A stretch of 34,658 nucleotides of DNA from a virus (Duplodnaviria; Caudoviricetes): the IMG/VR virus record IMGVR_UViG_3300011338_000205, positions 1-34,658 of that record; one strand, written 5' to 3'. Within the stretch, counting starts at the first letter, position 1. Each line of letters starts with the position of its first letter. Shown here in pieces: positions 17,874-25,322 of the stretch. The notes beneath the pieces were generated by a model that was not told the DNA's origin, made no database searches, and worked only from the letters and a program-made list of their open reading frames with translations. The position numbers and the translations under genes are program-made.

Positions 17874-18030
17874 AATTGTCCTCCTCTTCCCAATGCTCAC
17901 AGGTATCGTCCATGTGAACAATATGGCTTTCCTTGTCGGCCATCGTTTCGTGGCCACACCATCCGCGACTGGTTAGCTGCAAAGTGAAGTCGCAAACGAA
18001 GTGCTGGCAGTCGATGCACCGCTCGGTCAT
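17836..18030 (-). CDS. Small four-Cys protein
   Basis: CIDCQHF...GWC...DDTCEHWE. Confidence 0.55.
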   Translation of the reverse strand: MTERCIDCQHFVCDFTLQLTSRGWCGHETMADKESHIVHMDDTCEHWEEEDNYDALANDERWHG

Positions 18031-18299
18031 TTCATCAACCAGTGCATGATGGCATCATACAGATCGTATTTGCCGTTGAAGTCGTAGAACAGGAAGAAGC
18101 AGACCCCAAAGAAGTCCACGCCCGTTCTCACGGTGACGGTGTTCTTGTCGCTCATTTCGTTTCTCCCAAGGCTGCGCGGTTCAAGCGCAACGGGGTCGAT
18201 TGCGGATAGGTCGTCGAGTTCCTTACGAGCGGCAATGCCGTCATTCCATCCTTTCACATATTCAGCGGATGCGTCTTGTCTGAGTTCCACGTCAGTCAT
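18027..18299 (-). CDS. Hypothetical protein (possibly two fused cassettes)
   Basis: GGAGG RBS before MTDV; internal GGAG-MSDK start with a hydrophobic segment. Confidence 0.5.
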   Translation of the reverse strand: MTDVELRQDASAEYVKGWNDGIAARKELDDLSAIDPVALEPRSLGRNEMSDKNTVTVRTGVDFFGVCFFLFYDFNGKYDLYDAIMHWLMK

Positions 18300-18594
18300 T
18301 GCGGGCCTCCAGTGCTGCGAGGGCGAAGCCTTCAATCTCTGCAAGGTTCCCATCCAGTCCGCCCTCCCACTGACGCTTGGCAGCAAGGGCGCGGATATTG
18401 CCCAAAGCCTCACGCAACCGCGCTACATCTGCCTCAAGCGCGATGATGCGGGCTTTGTCGGCTTTGATCTGGTCCTTAGCCTCTTCCATCGTAGCGCAAC
18501 AGCATAGGTCCAGCTTGCACTTGCCGCAGTTGCAACCCTTGCCCAACCGCTCGACCAGTGTGTCAGTCATCTGTGCGTCCTTCGGCTCAGTCAT
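18292..18594 (-). CDS. Hypothetical coiled-coil protein
   Basis: TLVERL...EEAKDQI...I.ALEA.V.RLREAL, a common small phage ORF type. Confidence 0.6.
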   Translation of the reverse strand: MTEPKDAQMTDTLVERLGKGCNCGKCKLDLCCCATMEEAKDQIKADKARIIALEADVARLREALGNIRALAAKRQWEGGLDGNLAEIEGFALAALEARND

Positions 18595-18734
18595 GATTGT
18601 GTTCCTTGTATGCGAAGGGCCTCTGCAACGCTGTAAACGGTGCGCATCGGACGGCCTCGGCGGTCAAGCGACATCTTGAAAATCTCGTCATAGCTTTTCG
18701 GTAACCGACCGATCTGCTCAGGTGTTAGGCTCAC
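18591..18734 (-). CDS. 47-aa hypothetical protein (not in ORF track)
   Basis: GTG start SLTPEQIGRLPKSY...; 4-nt overlaps at both ends. Confidence 0.45.
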   Translation of the reverse strand: MSLTPEQIGRLPKSYDEIFKMSLDRRGRPMRTVYSVAEALRIQGTQS

Positions 18735-18880
18735 GACTGTTCTCCTCTGGCGAGTAGGTCGGAGATGATGATTTTGACGGCTTGGTAAAAAAGCCCAATC
18801 ACTACCACTAATCCAAAGGCGAGCAGCGGGTCGTCCAACACGCCCATCACTCGGCGCGCTAGGGCTGATAGGTCAGTCAT
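18731..18880 (-). CDS. Small single-TM protein
   Basis: MTDLSAL...LLAFGLVVVIGLFY; AGGAG RBS. Confidence 0.55.
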   Translation of the reverse strand: MTDLSALARRVMGVLDDPLLAFGLVVVIGLFYQAVKIIISDLLARGEQS

Positions 18881-19053
18881 TGCTGTGTCTCCTTGCGTGT
18901 GTTCCAAGCGCGCTCGTAATAAGCCAAGCGCCATGACATTCCGTCCAGCGGGCAATCGAAGTCGCTTTCGTAATCGCTCGGGTGGACCATCGCGGGGCCT
19001 TCATGCTCAAGCATAACCCCACAAAACGGACAGGGCTTAAGCGTCTCGCTCAT
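18877..19053 (-). CDS. Lar-family (restriction alleviation)-like Zn-finger protein
   Basis: LKPCPFCG...H...C...AWNTR. Confidence 0.65.
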   Translation of the reverse strand: MSETLKPCPFCGVMLEHEGPAMVHPSDYESDFDCPLDGMSWRLAYYERAWNTRKETQQ

Positions 19054-19331
19054 TTCCCAAACCCCTCTTCCCAAAGTTTGATGGCGCGGATGGCGACATC
19101 AATCGGCGGCAACAATAGGCTATCGTCCCACTCGCTTACCGCCTTCCGCGCACACAGCAGCTTGCGATCAACGGGCGGCTCTTCGTGCTTCAAGATCATG
19201 TCGCAGAGTGCGGAGTAGAGCCGATTATCTCCGTAGAAATTTTGCAAGACGCTGATGGGGTATAGCTCCTTCCACCCGCACCGCTTCGCGGCTTCGAGCA
19301 GCACCCAGTCTGGTGGTGTGTCGGTCATCAT
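19050..19331 (-). CDS. Hypothetical protein
   Basis: PPDWVLLEAAKR...ALCDMILKHEEPPVD..LLCAR; coupled overlaps. Confidence 0.6.
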   Translation of the reverse strand: MMTDTPPDWVLLEAAKRCGWKELYPISVLQNFYGDNRLYSALCDMILKHEEPPVDRKLLCARKAVSEWDDSLLLPPIDVAIRAIKLWEEGFGK

Positions 19332-19546
19332 TCGTCTCCACTCGGCGGGGCTGTGGCGATCAGGTAGGCGGTCGTAACCACCAGCCCGATCACGGTAAAG
19401 AACAGTGGTAGGTCGGTCATATCAGTTTGCTCCCAACTTCCCATCCAAACCGCGCACAAAAGGCCATCACAAACGTCACCATACCAAATGCGATGATAGC
19501 CATCAGAATGTCGATAAATTGCTGCATATCTCTCTCCTTCATACAA
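19328..19546 (-). CDS. Hypothetical protein with C-terminal TM (possible internal start at 19420)
   Basis: ORF fills the gap; internal MTDLPLFFTVIGLVV. Confidence 0.45.
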   Translation of the reverse strand: MYEGERYAAIYRHSDGYHRIWYGDVCDGLLCAVWMGSWEQTDMTDLPLFFTVIGLVVTTAYLIATAPPSGDE

Positions 19547-19754
19547 CAGTGATCTTTACGTCATAGGCCCATGCAACAAGGTCAACCTGCTCTGCCTCTG
19601 TCATTGGGCCGTGCAGCTTCCCGGAGACTATGATTGCCTTTGCAAGCTCCTTTGAGCCTTCGACCAGCTTGGCATAATATTGAGCGTCACTTTCCTTGCT
19701 GGGAAGTTTGCTCGCATCAATGCGCGCCGGGTTGCGGGTCATGAAAGCGTTCAT
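19539..19754 (-). CDS. Hypothetical protein
   Basis: GGAG RBS; ATGA overlap. Confidence 0.55.
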   Translation of the reverse strand: MNAFMTRNPARIDASKLPSKESDAQYYAKLVEGSKELAKAIIVSGKLHGPMTEAEQVDLVAWAYDVKITVV

Positions 19755-19876
19755 CGCACAGTCTCCGCAGGCTTGCAGCTTGTGACGATAACCTTGTCGC
19801 CCTTGCTCTTTGGCGTCCGTTCGATGACGATTGGCTTAATACCCTTCAGGGCGAGGAAGTCCCGATAGCTGGTCAC
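19751..19876 (-). CDS. Small basic hypothetical protein
   Basis: GTG start after AGGAG; GTGA overlap. Confidence 0.45.
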   Translation of the reverse strand: MTSYRDFLALKGIKPIVIERTPKSKGDKVIVTSCKPAETVR

Positions 19877-19965
19877 AGTGCCAACTCCTTTGTGAGTGTG
19901 ACTGTGCAGATGAAACCCATCATAAAGGTCATGGCTGCGGTCCAAATCATTTCGCTGCGTGTCAT
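19873..19965 (-). CDS. 30-aa hydrophobic peptide (not in ORF track)
   Basis: MTRSEMIWTAAMTFMMGFICTVTLTKELAL; fills the gap. Confidence 0.45.
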   Translation of the reverse strand: MTRSEMIWTAAMTFMMGFICTVTLTKELAL

Positions 19966-19966
19966 T

Positions 19967-20227
19967 TCACATTACTCCCTTTGCGCGGGCTTTGTCGTAC
20001 ATACGCTTGTACTGCGCCGCCTTGGTCATTTCGTATTGATAGTCGCGGCTGGTGATGTGTTTGCCTGCAACGCGCTTGGCAGTAGCAATCTTTGCCAGCG
20101 CCTGAATGCGGTCATGATCGAGCCGACCGCTGCCAATTGCGTGATACTGCTTTGATGTCTGGTAGCCAATGATCCAGAACTTTGCGATTGCCCGCTGGCG
20201 TTTGATGTATTCCTCTGAGTAGCTCAT
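19967..20227 (-). CDS. Basic hypothetical protein, first gene after the internal promoter
   Basis: AAGGGAG RBS; promoter directly upstream. Confidence 0.65.
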   Translation of the reverse strand: MSYSEEYIKRQRAIAKFWIIGYQTSKQYHAIGSGRLDHDRIQALAKIATAKRVAGKHITSRDYQYEMTKAAQYKRMYDKARAKGVM

Positions 20228-20258
20228 TTTCTAAACTCCCTTCGTTTCTATGCAGCCC

Positions 20259-20286
20259 ATCTTACGGCCAAAACCACACTGGTCAA
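20259..20286 (-). promoter_or_regulatory. Internal early-type promoter driving the small-gene array
   Basis: TTGACC-N16-TAAGAT with an upstream A-tract; colinear with the 23320-23347 promoter/leader. Confidence 0.6.
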
Positions 20287-20296
20287 TACCCGAATG

Positions 20297-20470
20297 CTAT
20301 TTTTTTTCACCTTGCGTTGATTTTTGCCAAAACTCCACGTCCCAATCGCTTTCAAAAGGCCAAGGCTTGAAGCGCCAGTTTTCTGTCTTGACGTTCCGGC
20401 GCACCTGCCCATTGCGAAACTTGATGTCGATAAATTCATGGGGTGGCTTTCGCCCTATGTTGAAAGGCAC
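20297..20470 (-). CDS. Hypothetical protein
   Basis: GTG start PFNIGRKP...IDIKFRNG...W.F...SDWDV..W. Confidence 0.55.
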   Translation of the reverse strand: MPFNIGRKPPHEFIDIKFRNGQVRRNVKTENWRFKPWPFESDWDVEFWQKSTQGEKK

Positions 20471-20616
20471 TTGCGGCGAGCCTTGTCGATCTTGTCGAGC
20501 GTTGCCAGCGTTACACCGTGCCGAGCAGCAATGGCTTCCTTCTGCATCTCTAGCCATACCAAGTCACGATGGATGACATCGACGTGATTTGCCCGCAGTG
20601 GTGTTCCGCTAGGCAT
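20455..20616 (-). CDS. 53-aa HTH-like protein (not in ORF track)
   Basis: KEAIAARHGVTLATLDKI; TGATG coupling. Confidence 0.5.
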   Translation of the reverse strand: MPSGTPLRANHVDVIHRDLVWLEMQKEAIAARHGVTLATLDKIDKARRKCLST

Positions 20617-20780
20617 CACTTCGTCACCAAGTCGAAGTAGCGGCGTCCGTTCTCATCCTGCCTGATGACTGCCTTCGTGCTTTTCATGTTTTCGTTGATC
20701 CAGTTCACATAGTCGTCAAAGTGTGTCGAGCTTGTCGATATGCTCCCAGATGCGGAGCGCGTGATTTTCTTATCGGTCAT
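20616..20780 (-). CDS. 54-aa hypothetical protein (not in ORF track)
   Basis: MTDKKITRS...RRYFDLVTK; overlaps the end of the initiator gene. Confidence 0.5.
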   Translation of the reverse strand: MTDKKITRSASGSISTSSTHFDDYVNWINENMKSTKAVIRQDENGRRYFDLVTK

Positions 20781-21483
20781 AGGTTCCCTCTAAAAGTTTA
20801 ATGAATGTGCTCGGCTGAAGCAGGAAGTCGAAGTTTGCTCGCCAGCCTCTGTCGTTGTGGCCGCACAGGAATTTCGATTTGTCGATGGCTGACAGTGCCT
20901 TGGACCAGTCTGCCGCGTCTGGATATTCCTTAATCCGCGCTTGCACCTGTCGTCTACGTGCTTCCGTTACCTTGGAGACTTTTGGCAAGCCACGGTCAGC
21001 AGCCAGATCATTCCAAGCCTCAATCACGTCAGCAACCTTCAGGGCGTCATCGTCAGATGACATATCCCCTTTAGGGGATTTAACCTCTTGGTTGTTGGTT
21101 ATTGGTTCTTGGTTATTGGTTATTGGTTGGTTGAACGTCTGTTGAACGTCCGTTGAGCGTTCGTTGGACCGACGTTGAGCAGATGCCTTACCAGCGTTAG
21201 ACGCCTTCTCTGATTTTTGGCGGAAATGCGTTATTTCTGCATCGCAGCGGCTATGCGACCACCGATCTTCGTCAATCGTAAAAAAGTCCTGCAGAACCTG
21301 CTTCACGGCTGCAACTTCATCACGCATACCGATCTGGCGAGCGACTTCAGCTTCGTCTCCGTATATCTCTCCGTCCTTCAGGTAGTAGAGATCGAGCAGC
21401 CGACGATAGGCCAAATCCTCCATCAGTGAGAGGTGGCGCGTGTGGCTGGCATAGTCGCCAATATTAAACTGAAAATAGTGCAT
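20770..21483 (-). CDS. Replication initiator, DUF1376/YdaU family
   Basis: MHYFQFNIGDYASHTRHLS..E..AYRRLLD.YY; C-terminal WRANFDFLL....F.KLLEG.Y; iterons in the linker. Confidence 0.88.
   Translation of the reverse strand: MHYFQFNIGDYASHTRHLSLMEDLAYRRLLDLYYLKDGEIYGDEAEVARQIGMRDEVAAVKQVLQDFFTIDEDRWSHSRCDAEITHFRQKSEKASNAGKASAQRRSNERSTDVQQTFNQPITNNQEPITNNQEVKSPKGDMSSDDDALKVADVIEAWNDLAADRGLPKVSKVTEARRRQVQARIKEYPDAADWSKALSAIDKSKFLCGHNDRGWRANFDFLLQPSTFIKLLEGTYDR
21088..21180. repeat. Putative replication origin: 11-bp-period iterons plus TTGGTTA-type repeats inside the initiator gene
   Basis: GTTGAACGTCT GTTGAACGTCC GTTGAGCGTTC GTTGGACCGAC GTTGAGC next to a strand-skewed TTGGTTA/TTGGTTC tract; lambda O-like layout. 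Confidence 0.75.
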
Positions 21484-21535
21484 CCAAACCTCCAATAGCT
21501 TGCGGAGTGGGACGCGCTGGAATAGATAATCTCAT
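21464..21535 (-). CDS. Putative 23-aa leader peptide overlapping the initiator start
   Basis: GGAGG-N8-ATG; MRLSIPARPTPQAIGGLDALFSV. Confidence 0.4.
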   Translation of the reverse strand: MRLSIPARPTPQAIGGLDALFSV

Positions 21536-21605
21536 TAGCGTTGCCTCCTGTCTAGGCGATGTTAGGGCGGGGGGAGAGTTGACGCTCTTCCCCTGACCCG
21601 CCTTT
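21535..21605 (+). ncRNA. Putative antisense (counter-transcribed) RNA to the initiator leader
   Basis: TTGCGG-N17-TAGATA at 21500-21528; 11-bp hairpin with 3 G-U pairs that favours the + strand; GC hairpin plus TTT. Confidence 0.5.
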
Positions 21606-21627
21606 CATAACACAATTCAATCGTCGT

Positions 21628-22284
21628 TCAAACGATAAACAAATCACCCTGCCGTTGTGCGTCCTCAATGCGCTTGCAGGCGATGTCGAAATACTTGGGC
21701 TCGCGTTCAATTCCAATGAACTTGCGACCCATCTGAACAGCCGCAACGCCGGTCGTGCCGCTGCCCATGAAGGGGTCTAGGATGGTTTCGTTAGGCACTG
21801 GCAAGTGACCAATGCACCACCGCATAACCCCAATTGGCTTTTGCGTCGGATGATCGCCGCGTGTCTCGCCATTGGCGCGCAGCATACCATTCCACATAAA
21901 CCGAATGCGGCGGACGGCCTTAGGGAGATTGGTCCAAGCTAACTCGCAGTCGGCAAAGTCGTTTGCGCCGTTCTCTTTGTCCTAAACGAGCCAGCAAGAC
22001 GCCGCAGGGCAATCGTAATAATTGCCACCAAAGATGATTTGCCAATGACCCGCAGCCCGCACCATTGCCATAACCTCAGGCGGGATAGGTTCATTGTCCC
22101 ATTCGTCGTTACCGTAGTCGCGGGCCGGTGCCGCGTTCGTTCTCGACTTGTTTTTCCCCGCCGCCTCCCCAATCCCATAAGGCGGGTCCGTCACCACAGC
22201 GTCAACCTTACCCAAAGTCGGCAGAATGTCCCTGCAATCGCCAAGGTAGAGCGTCGCGTTTCCTATTATGGTTGGCTTAGTCAT
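21628..22284 (-). pseudogene. Beta-class N6A/N4C DNA methyltransferase interrupted by in-frame TAG at codon 101
   Basis: [39 protein letters not shown] and FIGIE all in one frame; TAG at 21982-21984. Confidence 0.88.
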
Positions 22285-22633
22285 TGATTGCACCATATTT
22301 GACGCTGGATGTCCGCCGCAGACCCAAGTGATGATTGACTGTCGTCCTATCAATTTGCAGGTGAGCAGCGATCCTGTCTGCGTTCCAGCGCATTTCGTGG
22401 TGCAGCCTTTGGATAAAATCCCGACGCGCTGCAACCAAGTGCTTCACCCGCGACCTGCTGAAAATGTCCTCGATTGAGACACCGTGCTTTTGGGTGACTG
22501 TGCGCTTTATGTCGTCCATCTTGAAGCTGGTGTAGACCGGCACCTTAACAGCGACTGGGGCCATCAGGATTGCGCGCCGTGGTGGTCGTGGCAGCGGCGT
22601 TGCGCGCTGGCGGTTGGTGGTAATTCTAATCAT
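22277..22633 (-). CDS. DnaA C-terminal (domain IV)-like HTH protein
   Basis: [22 protein letters not shown]...[15 protein letters not shown]. Confidence 0.75.
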   Translation of the reverse strand: MIRITTNRQRATPLPRPPRRAILMAPVAVKVPVYTSFKMDDIKRTVTQKHGVSIEDIFSRSRVKHLVAARRDFIQRLHHEMRWNADRIAAHLQIDRTTVNHHLGLRRTSSVKYGAIND

Positions 22634-22657
22634 TGTGTTTTGTCCCTTCTTTCTATA

Positions 22658-23062
22658 TTATTCGCCTGCGTCAGTTTTGGCGTGGCCAGAGCGTCGAGTT
22701 ACTCCCTTCCTCCGCTCTGGCCTTATCTCCCGCAGATCATGTGTCGGAAACAGTGCCTTGAAAAGCGCCTTGCGGATCGGCCAGTCTCTGCTGTCAACAG
22801 CCTTGGACCCTTTCACGTCTTCCACGACTTCCCTGCCGTTTCGCAGGTAGGCAAAGTCGGCAAGATAACCGAGGCGCCTGCCGTTATCGTGTTTGACCTG
22901 TATGCCATTGATAACAAACCAAAATTGCGGAAACACGAGTAGGTCGTCAATCTCACCAGCGGCCAGCATAACGTGCAGTTCGTCGCACCGTTTGGCTTCC
23001 GAGATGCTGTCGTGCTTGTGGCCTTCAGCGCAGTATGCCTTCTTAGCTTTCCACTTTTTCAC
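22658..23062 (-). CDS. DUF1064-family PD-(D/E)xK endonuclease
   Basis: DSISEAKR, GEI.DL...PQF, YLADFAY, VVEDVKG. Confidence 0.85.
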   Translation of the reverse strand: MKKWKAKKAYCAEGHKHDSISEAKRCDELHVMLAAGEIDDLLVFPQFWFVINGIQVKHDNGRRLGYLADFAYLRNGREVVEDVKGSKAVDSRDWPIRKALFKALFPTHDLREIRPERRKGVTRRSGHAKTDAGE

Positions 23063-23252
23063 CTGTAAGCTCCTTCAGTGTGATCAAATCATCAAGAGCT
23101 TTGGTCGCCCGGTCAAGAGTGTCCAGCCGGGGCGTGACCTTTTTCCAGTTGGTGAAAATCGTCGGAGCCAACTTTGCCTGCGCGGCAATGGCCGATCGTG
23201 TGATGCCGTGGAATGCGGCCTTAGCGAGTAGTTCCCTTACCTTAATATGCAC
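23043..23252 (-). CDS. Cro-like HTH regulator
   Basis: GITRSAIAAQAKLAPTIFTNWK..TPRLDTL; first gene of the leftward unit; AGGAG RBS. Confidence 0.75.
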   Translation of the reverse strand: MHIKVRELLAKAAFHGITRSAIAAQAKLAPTIFTNWKKVTPRLDTLDRATKALDDLITLKELTGEKVES

Positions 23253-23275
23253 TTCATTCTCCTTGTTGGAAGCCC

Positions 23276-23347
23276 CTCATACGATCTAAAAAATTATATT
23301 GTCAACGCAATTTTTCCTATTGCATTGTCCGTTGGCGGCTGTATGTT
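23276..23347. promoter_or_regulatory. Back-to-back divergent promoters
   Basis: Minus: TTGACA(23305-23300)-N18-TATGAG. Plus: TTGCAT(23320-23325)-N16-TATGTT. AT-rich, with ATTG-N6-CAAT dyad. Confidence 0.65.
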
Positions 23348-23377
23348 GGCCTCGTTAGCAACGAAGGGAACTTAGAA

Positions 23378-23545
23378 ATGATTGCAGCAGAATACACCTG
23401 TGGCACAGCCCGCGTGGCTCCGATGCTCTGGATCACCAAGATCGAGAATGGCCGCCGTGAATACCTGCAAGGCTATTCGGTCAACGGAAAGCGTGAAGCA
23501 CGTAAGCTCGCTCAGACCCTCAACGCACAGCCTTGGAACTTCTAA
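23378..23545 (+). CDS. 55-aa hypothetical protein (not in ORF track)
   Basis: MIAAEYTCG...GKREARKLAQTLNAQPWNF; AAGGGA RBS; TAATG coupling. Confidence 0.65.
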   Translation: MIAAEYTCGTARVAPMLWITKIENGRREYLQGYSVNGKREARKLAQTLNAQPWNF

Positions 23546-23724
23546 TGGACAATCATGAAACCATTGAAGCAATCTTGGATGCTAAAAAAATGTCTAGCCC
23601 ATATGGCAACAGTTGCTCATTCAAGCTGGGCTATCTCATGGAGATGCTTGGCGGCATTGCAGACCGATACCCAGACGTAGCCAATGAGCTACAAACCCGC
23701 CTCAAAATTGTGAAGGGAAATTAA
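23545..23724 (+). CDS. Hypothetical protein
   Basis: MDNHE...FKLGYL..ML; coupled start. Confidence 0.55.
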   Translation: MDNHETIEAILDAKKMSSPYGNSCSFKLGYLMEMLGGIADRYPDVANELQTRLKIVKGN

Positions 23725-23728
23725 ACTG

Positions 23729-24289
23729 ATGACGAAACATGAAAACATTATGCAAGCCCTTGTCGCCGCACTTCCTGAGTTGGAGAGCGCGAAAAAAAAC
23801 AAGGCCAATCCAGCGTTCAAATCAAAGTATGCTGACCTTAGTGCGGTGATCGAAGCAATACAACCGATCTCAAGCCATGGCCTTTGGTTCCGGCAGGTAG
23901 CACACCAAAGCGACGGGGGCGTTGCCGTCGAAACACTTTATATCCATGAGAGCGGCGAGCTTTCAGCCGGAACAGTTTTTGTGCCATCCGATAAAAGTAA
24001 CGCCCATGGATATGGCTCCGCAAACAGTTATGCGCGCCGATACGGGCTGCAACTTGCCTTTGGCCTTGCCACTGAGGATGATGACGGAAACGCAGCAAGT
24101 GCGGCCCCTACAAGGGCAGCACCCCAGCCGATCAGCACTGAGCAACTTGAGAAGGTTCAAGACTTGGTGGACGCCACCCAGAGCAATGTAGCCGCCATCT
24201 GCAAGAAGCTAAAGGTCAACAGCCTGAAAGAGATGACGCAGGAGCAATACGCATACGTCACTGGCGTACTTGAAAAGAAGAAGGGATAA
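23729..24289 (+). CDS. erf: ERF-family single-strand annealing protein
   Basis: KNKANPAFKSKYADL, HESGE, GSANSYARRYGL...FGLA.EDDDGN. Confidence 0.92.
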   Translation: MTKHENIMQALVAALPELESAKKNKANPAFKSKYADLSAVIEAIQPISSHGLWFRQVAHQSDGGVAVETLYIHESGELSAGTVFVPSDKSNAHGYGSANSYARRYGLQLAFGLATEDDDGNAASAAPTRAAPQPISTEQLEKVQDLVDATQSNVAAICKKLKVNSLKEMTQEQYAYVTGVLEKKKG

Positions 24290-24293
24290 GAGG

Positions 24294-24902
24294 ATGGAAC
24301 AGAGATCACCAGAATGGTTTGCCGCTCGATGCGGGTCGCTTGGCGCAAGCCAGCTTAACGAAGCTCTTGCCACCACAAAAAGCGGCTGGGGAGCATCACG
24401 CGAGAACATTAAGAACAAGATCATCGCAGAACGGCTCACAGGGCTTCCCACAGAGGGTTTCCAGAACGCCGCCATGTTGTGGGGACAGGAGCAGGAGGAT
24501 AACGCCAGAAAAGCCTATGAGGCGGCCACAGGGACGTTTGTGGAGGAAATGGGCATCGCGCTGCATCCTACGCTCAAATTCACTCACGCAAGCCCAGATG
24601 GCCTTGTCGATGACGATGGCCTGATTGAGATAAAGTGCCCCAACACCACGACGCACATTGAGACGCTGAAGTCGCAGAAGGTTCCAACCAAATATATGAA
24701 CCAGATGCTCTGGCAGATGCGTTGCGTTGACCGCCAGTGGTGCGACTTTGTTTCCTTCGATCCCCGCCTGCCGGATAACCTGCAGCTTTTCGTCAAGCGG
24801 GTTGAGCGAGACGACGCAGCAATCCTAGAATTGGAAGCCAAGGTTGCAGATTTTCTGGCCGAGGTGGAGCGGGAAATTGCTGACCTAAATGCGAGGTTTT
24901 AA
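24294..24902 (+). CDS. YqaJ/lambda-exonuclease family protein
   Basis: EQRSPEWFAAR.G...AS, AMLWG...E, ASPDGL, EIKCP, Y..Q..WQM. Confidence 0.92.
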   Translation: MEQRSPEWFAARCGSLGASQLNEALATTKSGWGASRENIKNKIIAERLTGLPTEGFQNAAMLWGQEQEDNARKAYEAATGTFVEEMGIALHPTLKFTHASPDGLVDDDGLIEIKCPNTTTHIETLKSQKVPTKYMNQMLWQMRCVDRQWCDFVSFDPRLPDNLQLFVKRVERDDAAILELEAKVADFLAEVEREIADLNARF

Positions 24903-24904
24903 TC

Positions 24905-25123
24905 ATGACACAGAACGAAATGGTTTTGGGCTGGATTAAGAAAGCCCCTATCGGCCCGATGGCGGCAATGAAGGAACTGGGCATTATGCGTCTGGCAGCG
25001 CGGATCAAAGACCTGCGTGACGACGGCCATAAAATCCAGACGGAATGGGACTATGTGATCGACCGCTATGGTGAGGAGCGTCGAGTGGCGCGGTATGTTT
25101 TGAAGGAACTGGCAAATGGCTAA
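24905..25123 (+). CDS. Small winged-HTH protein
   Basis: A...LGIMRLAARIKDLR..GH.I...VARY.L. Confidence 0.8.
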   Translation: MTQNEMVLGWIKKAPIGPMAAMKELGIMRLAARIKDLRDDGHKIQTEWDYVIDRYGEERRVARYVLKELANG

Positions 25124-25322
25124 GTTGACATTCTCTTGGCCCATTGCTGGGTCAGAGGCCAAACCAAGCAAGGCTGACGTAGAACGGCTTCGTGAAGAAA
25201 CCGAGATATTCCAGTTGGATTTTCTTCAGGACGTTATTTCTGAGGCGGTTAAGCTCTACAACGAAACGGTGGGGATGATGGCTTTAAAGGACACAGCAAA
25301 TGGCCCTACCACAGCGCATTAA
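25116..25322 (+). CDS. Hypothetical protein
   Basis: Fills the operon; overlaps both neighbours. Confidence 0.55.
   Translation: MAKLTFSWPIAGSEAKPSKADVERLREETEIFQLDFLQDVISEAVKLYNETVGMMALKDTANGPTTAH

Noticed and set aside
21088-21180. CRISPR array or mini-array
   Set aside because: Repeats are 7-11 bp, contiguous, without spacers, and inside the initiator gene; they fit iterons
21982-21984. Genome-wide TAG recoding
   Set aside because: All other genes are intact under the standard code, TAG terminates genes (e.g. 44-46), and no suppressor tRNA was seen
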